Shown here: positions 30,531 to 38,572 of the stretch, piece after piece
How the letters are laid out: every line of letters starts with the position of its first letter
Numbering within the stretch: position 1 is the first letter of the stretch
From: Candidatus Fervidifonticultor secundus
Lineage (GTDB): Bacteria; Sysuimicrobiota; Sysuimicrobiia; Sysuimicrobiales; Humicultoraceae
Length of the DNA: 47,034 nt
NCBI GenBank assembly: GCA_031459385.1
Contig: JAVKIP010000023.1
Coordinates: 1-47,034 of the forward strand
Direction of reading: 5' to 3'
Notes under the pieces: model-generated
Told to the model about the DNA's origin: nothing
The model's input: only the letters and a program-made list of their open reading frames with translations
The model's database searches: none
Program-made: the position numbers and the translations under genes

Positions 30531-32624
30531 GTGCGCGCCGTGACGGCGGCCGTGACTGCGGCGCTGGCCGTCGCCCTGGCGATCGCGTGGGTCGGGGCAC
30601 CCTCGGGCCTCGCGGTCGCAGTCGTCGCAGCCCAACCCGATCTCGACAGCCTGGCCCGCGCAGCCCATGGCGATGAGGGCGGCTGTCGGGATGGCCTCGG
30701 CGTCCTCCGGAGCCTGGCGTCCGGCGCGCAGGTGCGGGCGAGGCGAGCCGCGTTCCTGCTAGGCTGGTGCCTTGAGCGCCTCGGGTACCATCCTGAGGCG
30801 GCAGCCGCGTACCGCGACGCCGCCGCGCACCCCACGCTGGCGCCGCACGCGCGCGTGCGCGAAGCCCGCGCCCTGCTGCGCGCGGGGCGCACGGACGACG
30901 CCGCCGTGGCGGCCGAGGAGGCGGTACGCGCCGCCGCGGCCGCCGGCAGGCGCACGCGCGCCCGCGCGCTGGCAGCCGCCGCGATGGCCCGCGTGGCAGT
31001 AGGGCGCGCGCTCGAGGCGCTCCCGCTGCTCGACGAGGCAGCGCGCCTGCGGCCCGACGTCCCGGAGCACTGGCTGGCGCTGGGCGAGGCCGCAGCCGCC
31101 GCCCGGCGCACCAACCTCGCGCGCCGCGCCCTGGCCAGCGCAGCGTGGATGCATCCCGGGCACGGGCTGGCCCAGCCGGCCCGCGAGGCCTTCGCCCGGG
31201 TGGCCGGCAGGCCGCTTCTGCCCGACGACGCCCCACCAGAGGCGCGGCTGGCCCGCGGCAGGCACCTCCAGCGGCAGGGGCAGTGGGACGCGGCGGCCGA
31301 GGAGTTCCTGGCGGCTGCGCGCGCCTCCCGGCCCGAAGTCGCCGGCGAGGCCTGGTACCGCCTCGGCGAGCTGCGGCTGTGGCGCGGCGCCCGCGATGCT
31401 TACGACGCGTTCGCCCGCGCGGCACAGGCGGGATGGAACCAGCCAGGGGCGTACTACTGGATGGCTGTGGCAGCCCGGCGCCTGGGCCACGCGCGGGCCG
31501 CGCGCGAGGCCGCGGCCGCGTTGTTCCGCACGGCGCCGCACAGCCGGTTCGCGGCGCTGGCCTGGCTGTGGGTCGGGCTGCGCGCGGAGGACCAGGGCCG
31601 CACTGCCGATGCCGCATCCGCGTACCGCCGGGCGGCCGCGGCGCTGCCCGACTCGCATGAGGCCGCCGAGGCGCGCTGGCGCCTTGGGTGGATCGCCCTG
31701 CGGGCAGGACGTCTGGCCGACGCCGAGGCCCGCTTCCGTGCGGCGGCCGCCGCAGCACCGTCGCGCGGAGAGGCCGCCCGCGCCTGGTACTGGGCCGCCA
31801 GGGCCGTCGAGGCAGGCGGCGGCGACGCCGGGCCCCTGCTGCGCGTGGCGGCCGAGCGCTATCCCCTGGCCTACTACGGGCAGCGGGCCCGCGAGCGGCT
31901 GGGCCAGGGGGCGCCTCAGCTGCCGCCGACGATTCCCCGCGCGGCACCAGGCGCGGCCGCGGCGCCCGCCCACGAGGAACTGGCGCGGCTGGGCTTCGAC
32001 GAAGAGGCTGCAGAGGCCGCCGAGGACGCGCTGGAGGCCCGGCGCGACCTGCGCGTGGTGCGCTTCCTCGCGGAAGTCTGCGCGCGCCTGGGCGACGTGC
32101 GGCGGTCGGTCTCCTTCGCGGAACAGGCGTTGGGCGAAGGGGTGCGCGACGAGGCGGTCTGGCGGCTGGCCTACCCCCGCGCGTTCTGGCGCGAGGCCAC
32201 CGCGGCGGCGGCCGCCGCCGGCGTCGATCCGCTCCTGCTGCTGGCCCTGGTGCGCGAGGAGAGCCGCTACGACCCCGCAGCCGTCTCGCCGGCCCGCGCC
32301 GTCGGCCTGACCCAGCTCCTGCCATCGACGGCGCAGACGATCGCCAGCGACGCCACCATCGGCGTCGCGCGCCTCACGGATCCCGCGCTGAACTTGACGC
32401 TGGGCGCCCGTTACCTGCGCGCGCAACTCGACCGTTTCAACGGCGACCTTCGCCTGGCCCTGGCAGCCTACAACGCGGGACCGGGCCACGCCCGCCGCTG
32501 GGCCGGGCTGGACGCCGATCCCGATTACCTGATGGAGAGCATCGGCTTCGCCGAGACGCGCGCGTACGTGCGGCGCGTGCTGGGCGCGTATGGCATCTAC
32601 AGGCTGCTGTGGGGGTCGCGCTAG
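30531..32624 (+). CDS. TPR-containing soluble lytic transglycosylase (Slt70-like)
   Basis: Signal peptide, TPR-like helices, SLT motifs REES, AVGLTQL, AYNAG, ETRAYV; start approximate. Confidence 0.9.
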   Translation: MRAVTAAVTAALAVALAIAWVGAPSGLAVAVVAAQPDLDSLARAAHGDEGGCRDGLGVLRSLASGAQVRARRAAFLLGWCLERLGYHPEAAAAYRDAAAHPTLAPHARVREARALLRAGRTDDAAVAAEEAVRAAAAAGRRTRARALAAAAMARVAVGRALEALPLLDEAARLRPDVPEHWLALGEAAAAARRTNLARRALASAAWMHPGHGLAQPAREAFARVAGRPLLPDDAPPEARLARGRHLQRQGQWDAAAEEFLAAARASRPEVAGEAWYRLGELRLWRGARDAYDAFARAAQAGWNQPGAYYWMAVAARRLGHARAAREAAAALFRTAPHSRFAALAWLWVGLRAEDQGRTADAASAYRRAAAALPDSHEAAEARWRLGWIALRAGRLADAEARFRAAAAAAPSRGEAARAWYWAARAVEAGGGDAGPLLRVAAERYPLAYYGQRARERLGQGAPQLPPTIPRAAPGAAAAPAHEELARLGFDEEAAEAAEDALEARRDLRVVRFLAEVCARLGDVRRSVSFAEQALGEGVRDEAVWRLAYPRAFWREATAAAAAAGVDPLLLLALVREESRYDPAAVSPARAVGLTQLLPSTAQTIASDATIGVARLTDPALNLTLGARYLRAQLDRFNGDLRLALAAYNAGPGHARRWAGLDADPDYLMESIGFAETRAYVRRVLGAYGIYRLLWGSR

Positions 32625-32727
32625 CAGCGTCCGGGCCGGGCGCACGGGGCGGCGGGAGGAGTGGGACCTCGGGGCGGTCGAACTTCTCCACCGCTGCTGA
32701 CGACGGGAACCCCGGGGGGAGCGAGCG

Positions 32728-33963
32728 ATGATGGAGCGCAGGCTCTCGGTGCTACTGGCGGTGGGCGCGCTGGCCGCCGCCTCCGTGGCGGGTGCCGCCG
32801 CAGCCCCCGCGGTGCGCTTCGAGCGCACCATCAAGGTGGGCATCGTCGACACCTACAGCGGCCCGCCCGCGGTGTTCGGCAACGACGCGCTCAACGGGTT
32901 CAAGCTGGCCCTGCAGGAGATCAACCGGGAGGGGATCTACGGGGCCCGCATCGAGTTCGTGACCCGGGACGAGAAGTTCAGCCCCGAGATCGGGTTGAGC
33001 ATGGCGCGGGAGCTGGTGCTGCAGGAGCGGGTGGACCTACTCGCGGGCATCCTGAGCAGCTCCACCGCGCTGGCGGTGTCCGCCTTCGCCCGCGAGCAGC
33101 GCATCCCGCTCTTCGTGTGGATCGCCAAGAGCGAGGACATCACGGGCGCCCGGGGCCACCGCTACGTGTTCAGCACCACGGAGAACACCGCGATGGCGGG
33201 CAAGGCGCTGGCGGAAGGCGTGGCCCGACGGGGCTATACCAGGTTCTGGATCGGTGCCGAGGACTACGAGTATGGCCAGCAGATCACGCGCTCCTTCTGG
33301 CGGTTCATGAAACGGAACAACCCGGAGGTGCAGCTGCTCGGCCAGACCTGGTGGCGGCTCGGCGAGCCGGACCTGGTGCCCTACCTGACCCAGATCATGC
33401 AGGCGCGGCCGCAGGCGGTGTTCTTCGGCACCGGTGGGGGAGGGATGGCCAACGTGCTGCGCACGATGAAGGTGATCGGGTTCGCGGAGCGCATCCCGTC
33501 CGCCATCCACACGGCGATCGACGTCACGGTGTTGCGGCCCCTGGGCGCTGCCGCGCCGGAGGGGGTGCTCGGCACGAACGACTACCTGTACTACTACCCC
33601 GACACTCCCACGAACCGGAAGTTCGTGCAGGAGTTCCAGGCCGCCTACGGGACGCCCCCCGGCTTCCCCGCCTTCCACGGCTACATCACGGGGCAGTTCA
33701 TCGCAGAGGCCTTCCGCCGGGCACGGTCGCTGGACCGGGAGCGGTTCGTGGACGCCCTGGAGGGGCTGCGGATCCCCAGCCCCGTCGGAGAGGTGGAGAT
33801 GCGGGCCTGCGACCACCAGGTGGTACTGCCCATGATCTTCGGGGTGACCCGACGCGACCCGCGGTTCCCCTTCCTCGTGGGCGGCGACCTGGTCACCATT
33901 CCGGGCCGCGACGTGATGCCCACCTGCGAGGACGTCCAGCGCGCGCGGCAGCAGGCACGGTAG
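32728..33963 (+). CDS. Liv/HAAT-type ABC transporter substrate-binding protein
   Basis: Signal peptide, IKVGIV...SGP, EIN..G..G, DYEYG, MRACDHQ; upstream of Liv permeases. Confidence 0.9.
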   Translation: MMERRLSVLLAVGALAAASVAGAAAAPAVRFERTIKVGIVDTYSGPPAVFGNDALNGFKLALQEINREGIYGARIEFVTRDEKFSPEIGLSMARELVLQERVDLLAGILSSSTALAVSAFAREQRIPLFVWIAKSEDITGARGHRYVFSTTENTAMAGKALAEGVARRGYTRFWIGAEDYEYGQQITRSFWRFMKRNNPEVQLLGQTWWRLGEPDLVPYLTQIMQARPQAVFFGTGGGGMANVLRTMKVIGFAERIPSAIHTAIDVTVLRPLGAAAPEGVLGTNDYLYYYPDTPTNRKFVQEFQAAYGTPPGFPAFHGYITGQFIAEAFRRARSLDRERFVDALEGLRIPSPVGEVEMRACDHQVVLPMIFGVTRRDPRFPFLVGGDLVTIPGRDVMPTCEDVQRARQQAR

Positions 33964-33999
33964 GGCACCGGCAACGGGGAGGGGAGGTGCGGCTGTCCG

Positions 34000-35235
34000 G
34001 TGGCGGACGCGATGGCGGACTGGGTGGCCGACGGCCTGCAACGGTGTCTGGACCGGATGGAATCCACGGCTGCGGCGGTGGGGGACCGGTTCCCCTACTA
34101 CGCCGACCCGGAGACCGGCGAGTGGGTGTCCACCGATGAGAGCGAGTGGTGCGGCGGCCACTGGGTGTGCGCCCTGTGGTACGCGGCCCTCCACCGCGGC
34201 CGTGAGGACCTCCGGCGACTGGGACTGCGGCTGACCGAACGGCTGCTCACCTACCAGGACCAGGACGACATGTTCCGGTCCGCACTCTATTATTTTTCCT
34301 GTGCGCGCGGGTACGAACTCTTCGGCGACGAGACACTGCGGGCGCACGCCCTCCGCATCGCCCCCAAGGTGGCGGCCATGTACAATGCCCGTGCCCGGCA
34401 GTCCCCGGTGGGCCGTCAGGTGCGGGTCCGTGGCGCGTCCGACGAGGGAGGCGGGCAGACGCGCTGGGGCACGCACGGCAGTTTCATCACCGCTGTGGAC
34501 AACATCTACATCAACCTGCTGCTCCCCTGGTGGGCCTGGAAGGAAACCGGGGAGGCCCGATACCGGGACCTGTGCACCGCGCACGCAGACCGCACCGTGG
34601 AGTGGTTCATGCGTCCGGACGGCTCCACCTGGGAGTTCATCGACTTCGATCCGGACACCGGGGCCCCGCAGGGCCGGTGGACGTTGCTGGGCTACAGTGC
34701 GGACTCCACCTGGGCGCGCGGGCAGGCCTGGTTCATCCACGGTCTGGTCCTGGCGTACCTGCATACGCGCTCCTCCCGCTATCTGGACGCTCTGGAGCAG
34801 GCAGTGGGCTTCCTCATGGGCCACCGGGCTCCCACGGGCGTGCCGTGGTGGGATCTCACGGACCCCAACATTCCCGCATGTCCGGTCGACACGTCGGCCG
34901 CCGCCGTGGCGGCTGCGGGGTTGGTAGAACTCGCGAGGGTCCCCGACGAAGAGGCCCGGCTGCGCCGGCTGGCGCAGGCGGGCGTCGAGCTGGCGCGCTG
35001 CGTCGTCTGGGGGTACCTGACCCCGCTCGGCCGCGACGACCGCAGGCCAGCCGGGATGGTGCTCTCCGGGTGCTTCAACCGCAACGCCGGGGTGGCCCCC
35101 GACCACGAGCTGTTCTGGGGGGATTTCTACCTGCTCGACGCCCTGCTGCGTCTCAAAGCCACAGGGTTCCTGGGGCAGGCGTTCCCCGCGTCGGGCCGGT
35201 CGGACGGCGCAGGCGAGGCGCGTCATGGATCGTGA
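34000..35235 (+). CDS. GH88 (unsaturated glucuronyl hydrolase)-like protein, divergent
   Basis: WCGGHW, AVDNI, RPDGST..F.FDP.TG, STWARGQAW, DTSAAA, WGDFYLLDAL. Confidence 0.85.
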   Translation: MADAMADWVADGLQRCLDRMESTAAAVGDRFPYYADPETGEWVSTDESEWCGGHWVCALWYAALHRGREDLRRLGLRLTERLLTYQDQDDMFRSALYYFSCARGYELFGDETLRAHALRIAPKVAAMYNARARQSPVGRQVRVRGASDEGGGQTRWGTHGSFITAVDNIYINLLLPWWAWKETGEARYRDLCTAHADRTVEWFMRPDGSTWEFIDFDPDTGAPQGRWTLLGYSADSTWARGQAWFIHGLVLAYLHTRSSRYLDALEQAVGFLMGHRAPTGVPWWDLTDPNIPACPVDTSAAAVAAAGLVELARVPDEEARLRRLAQAGVELARCVVWGYLTPLGRDDRRPAGMVLSGCFNRNAGVAPDHELFWGDFYLLDALLRLKATGFLGQAFPASGRSDGAGEARHGS

Positions 35236-35247
35236 GGTGTGGGTGTC

Positions 35248-36126
35248 GTGGACGTGACCTCCGTCCTAGGCCAGCTGCTGGTCGGCCTCAGCCGGGCCAT
35301 GATCCTCTTCATCGTCTCGGCCGGGCTCACCCTGGTCCTGGGGGTGCTGCGGGTTCCCAACGTGTTCCACGGCTCTCTGTACATGCTGGGCGCCTTTGTC
35401 GCGTGGTCGGTGGCGGAGGTCCTGGGCGCCCACCCCGCGCGGCTGTGGCTGGCGCTCGCCGTCGCGCCCCTCGCGGCCGCCGCGGTGGGGTTGCTGGTGG
35501 AACGGGCCCTGCTGAGCCGCCTGTACCACCGCGAGCACCTGATGCTCATCCTGTTCACCTTCGGGGTGATGCTGGTGCTCAACGACCTGGTGAAGCTGCT
35601 GTGGGGCCCCACCTACCGCTCTCTGGTGCCGCCACCTTCCCTGCAGGGCGCGGTGACGGTGCTGGGGGTGGCGTTCCCCCGTTTCAACCTGGTGCTGCTG
35701 GCCGCGGGGCCCCTGGTGGCGCTGGGCCTGTGGCTGTTCACGCACCGGACCCGGGCGGGGAAGGTGTCGCGGGCCGCGGCCACCGACCGTGACATGGTGG
35801 CGGTGCTGGGCGTAGACGTGAACCGCGTGTTCGCCCTGGCCTTCGCCCTGGGCTGCTTCCTGGCAGGCCTGGGCGGCGCTCTGGTGGCGCCGACCACCAG
35901 CATCCTGCTGGGCATGGACCACAGCCTGCTCATCGATAGCTTCCTCATCGTGATCGTGGGCGGGCTGGGGAACCTGTGGGGTGCCCTGGTGGGCTCGGTG
36001 CTGTTCGGCGTCACCCAGTCCCTGGGGCTGCTGGTGTGGCCGCAGTTCGCCATCGCGTTTCCCTATGCGGTGACCGCGGCGGTGCTGCTGGTGCGGCCCA
36101 CGGGCCTGCTGCGGTCCGCGTGGTGA
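35248..36126 (+). CDS. Branched-chain amino acid-type ABC permease, LivH-like
   Basis: GLTLVLGVLRVPNVFHGSLYMLGA, IVGGLGNLWGA, RPTGL; alternative start at 35239. Confidence 0.93.
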   Translation: MDVTSVLGQLLVGLSRAMILFIVSAGLTLVLGVLRVPNVFHGSLYMLGAFVAWSVAEVLGAHPARLWLALAVAPLAAAAVGLLVERALLSRLYHREHLMLILFTFGVMLVLNDLVKLLWGPTYRSLVPPPSLQGAVTVLGVAFPRFNLVLLAAGPLVALGLWLFTHRTRAGKVSRAAATDRDMVAVLGVDVNRVFALAFALGCFLAGLGGALVAPTTSILLGMDHSLLIDSFLIVIVGGLGNLWGALVGSVLFGVTQSLGLLVWPQFAIAFPYAVTAAVLLVRPTGLLRSAW

Positions 36127-37079
36127 ACGACCGCCTGCTGCTGGGCCTGGCGCTGGTGGTGCTCGCGGCCGCGCCGGCCCTCCTCGCACCCTTCTTCGTG
36201 TACCTCGTGGCCCTGGTGCTGGTGACGGGCCTGCTGGCCACCAGCCTGAACCTGGTGTTGGGCTACGGGGGCCTGTACCAGTTCCACCACGGGGTGTTCT
36301 ACGGGATCGGGGCCTACACCGCCGCGGTGGCCATCACCCGCCTGGGGTGGTCCGCCTCCCTGGCCTTTCTGGCCGGGCCGGTGGTCGCGGCTGTTGCGGG
36401 CGCGGTCATCGGGTTCTTCTGCGTGCGGCTGTCGCGCCTGTACTTCGGCATGCTGCAGCTGTCGCTGGGCTCTTTCGTGTGGATCGTGGCCCTCCGCTGG
36501 CACCCGGTCACCGGCGGCGACAACGGGATCCACGGCATCCCCCTGCCACCAGCGCTGCAGGAGCTCACGGGAGCCTACACCCTGGTGGCGGTGGGAGTGG
36601 CGGCCTCCCTGGCGGTCCTGTGGGCCGTGGTGCGGTCGCCCTTCGGGCTCACCCTCCAGGCCATTCGGGACAACCCCCAGCGCTGCCAGGTGATGGGAGT
36701 GGACGTGCGGGCCCACCAGCTGGCCGCCATGGTGCTCGCGGCGTTCTTCGCGGGCGTGGCGGGGGTGCTCTACGTGGCGCTGGAGCGGTCGGTGTTCCCG
36801 AACATGTTGTTCTGGGTGCTCTCGCTGGAGATCCTCGTGATGTGCCTGCTGGGCGGGTGGTTCACCTTCTCGGGCCCCTTGGTGGGTGCCGCCTTCCTGG
36901 TGGGCCTGCGGACCCTGGTGGGGCGGTACACCGAGTACTGGACCCTGGTGCTGGGCGTGCTGCTCATTCTCCTCATCTTCTTCTTGCCGGAGGGGATTAT
37001 GGGGTACGTCCAGCAGCGCTGGACGCAGCTGCGGGCCCCGGCGGCCCGCCCCACAGCCGCGGAGGAGGCGCGTGGCTGA
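36123..37079 (+). CDS. Branched-chain amino acid-type ABC permease, LivM-like
   Basis: SLNLVLGYGG, FYGIGAY, TGGDNG, SPFG..LQAIRDN, LPEGI; GTGA overlap. Confidence 0.93.
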   Translation: MNDRLLLGLALVVLAAAPALLAPFFVYLVALVLVTGLLATSLNLVLGYGGLYQFHHGVFYGIGAYTAAVAITRLGWSASLAFLAGPVVAAVAGAVIGFFCVRLSRLYFGMLQLSLGSFVWIVALRWHPVTGGDNGIHGIPLPPALQELTGAYTLVAVGVAASLAVLWAVVRSPFGLTLQAIRDNPQRCQVMGVDVRAHQLAAMVLAAFFAGVAGVLYVALERSVFPNMLFWVLSLEILVMCLLGGWFTFSGPLVGAAFLVGLRTLVGRYTEYWTLVLGVLLILLIFFLPEGIMGYVQQRWTQLRAPAARPTAAEEARG

Positions 37080-38553
37080 GCTCCTGAGGGTTGAGAACCT
37101 CCACCGGTGGTTCAACGGCTTCCCCGCGGTGCAGGGGGCGTCGCTGTCCGTACACGACGGCCAGGTGGTGGCGGTGATCGGGCCCAACGGGGCCGGCAAG
37201 ACCACCCTGTTCAACCTGGTGACGGGCGTGCTGCTCCCTGACCGTGGCCGGGTACTGCTGGACGGCGTGGATGTCACCAGGTGGCCGGCCCATCGCCACT
37301 GCCGGGCGGGTGTTGGCCGCACCTTCCAGATCGCCAACGTGTTCTTGCGCCTCTCGGTGTTCGACAACGTGCACGCTGCCTGCCTGACGCAGGCCCGCAA
37401 GGGCTTCCAGCTGTTCTGGGCCGCGCGGCGCTTCGCGGTGCGGGAGACCCTGGCCATCCTGGGGCTCACGGGCCTGCAACGGCACGCGGACCGGATCGCG
37501 GGGACCCTGTCCCACGGGGACCAGCGCATCCTGGAGATCGCCCTGGCCCTGGCCACGCGGCCCCGGCTCCTGGTGCTGGACGAGCCCACCGCCGGGATGT
37601 CGCCCGAGGAAACCGCCTCCACGTTGCAGCTCGTCACCCGGCTGAACCGCGACCGAGGTCTGTCCGTGCTGTTCTGCGAGCACGACATGGACGTGGTGTT
37701 CTCCGCCGCCCACCGGGTGGTGGTGATGCACCAGGGCAGGACCATCGCCCACGGCACCCCCGAAGAGATCCGTCGCAACCCCGAGGTGCAGCGCGCCTAC
37801 CTGGGCGGGGAGGAGCCCGAGGCCAGCCCGCGCGCCCAGGCCGCCCGGCCGCCGGGACGGCCGCTGCTGCAGGTCGAGGAGATGCACACCTACTACGGGC
37901 TGAGCCACGTGTTGTTCGACGTGTCCCTGGAGGTGCGGCAGGGCGAGGCGGCGTTCCTGCTGGGCCGCAACGGCGCCGGCAAGAGCACCACGTTGAAGAG
38001 CGTGGTGGGGCTGGTCCCTCCCCGCCGCGGGCGAGTCCGGTACCGGGGACGGGACCTCGTGGGCCGGCCGCCGCACGCGGTGTCCCGACTCGGCGTGGGA
38101 TACGTGCCAGACGACCGGCGCATCTTCCCCGACCTCACGGTGTCGGAGAACCTCGAGGTGGCCACCCGGGCTGCGGGATACTGGACCCTCCACCGGGTCT
38201 TCGAGCTGTTCCCGGTCCTGCGCGAAAAGCGCCACCACCGCGGCAGCCACCTGTCCGGTGGCGAGCAGAAGATGCTGGCCATCGCCCGCGCGCTGGTGGG
38301 CAACCCGGACCTCCTGCTGCTGGACGAGCCGATGGAGGGCCTGGCGCCCATGCTGGTGCGGGTGCTGGAGGAGCGGATTCAGGCGCTCAAGTCGAGCGGG
38401 CTCACGGTGCTGCTGGCGGAGCAGAACGTGGGTGCGGCGTTGCGCCTCGCAGACCGGGGCTACGTGATCGACGACGGCCGCATCCGGTTCGAGGGCACGG
38501 TGCAGGACCTGCAGGCGAACCACCAGGTGCGGCGGCGCTACCTGCTCCTCTGA
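37072..38553 (+). CDS. Fused LivG-LivF double ABC ATPase
   Basis: Two nucleotide-binding domains in one frame: GPNGAGKT/LSHGD/LDEPTAG/YLG and GRNGAGKS/LSGGEQ/LDEPMEG. Confidence 0.93.
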   Translation: MAELLRVENLHRWFNGFPAVQGASLSVHDGQVVAVIGPNGAGKTTLFNLVTGVLLPDRGRVLLDGVDVTRWPAHRHCRAGVGRTFQIANVFLRLSVFDNVHAACLTQARKGFQLFWAARRFAVRETLAILGLTGLQRHADRIAGTLSHGDQRILEIALALATRPRLLVLDEPTAGMSPEETASTLQLVTRLNRDRGLSVLFCEHDMDVVFSAAHRVVVMHQGRTIAHGTPEEIRRNPEVQRAYLGGEEPEASPRAQAARPPGRPLLQVEEMHTYYGLSHVLFDVSLEVRQGEAAFLLGRNGAGKSTTLKSVVGLVPPRRGRVRYRGRDLVGRPPHAVSRLGVGYVPDDRRIFPDLTVSENLEVATRAAGYWTLHRVFELFPVLREKRHHRGSHLSGGEQKMLAIARALVGNPDLLLLDEPMEGLAPMLVRVLEERIQALKSSGLTVLLAEQNVGAALRLADRGYVIDDGRIRFEGTVQDLQANHQVRRRYLLL

Positions 38554-38572
38554 CCGCCGGCCACGCCCGGCA

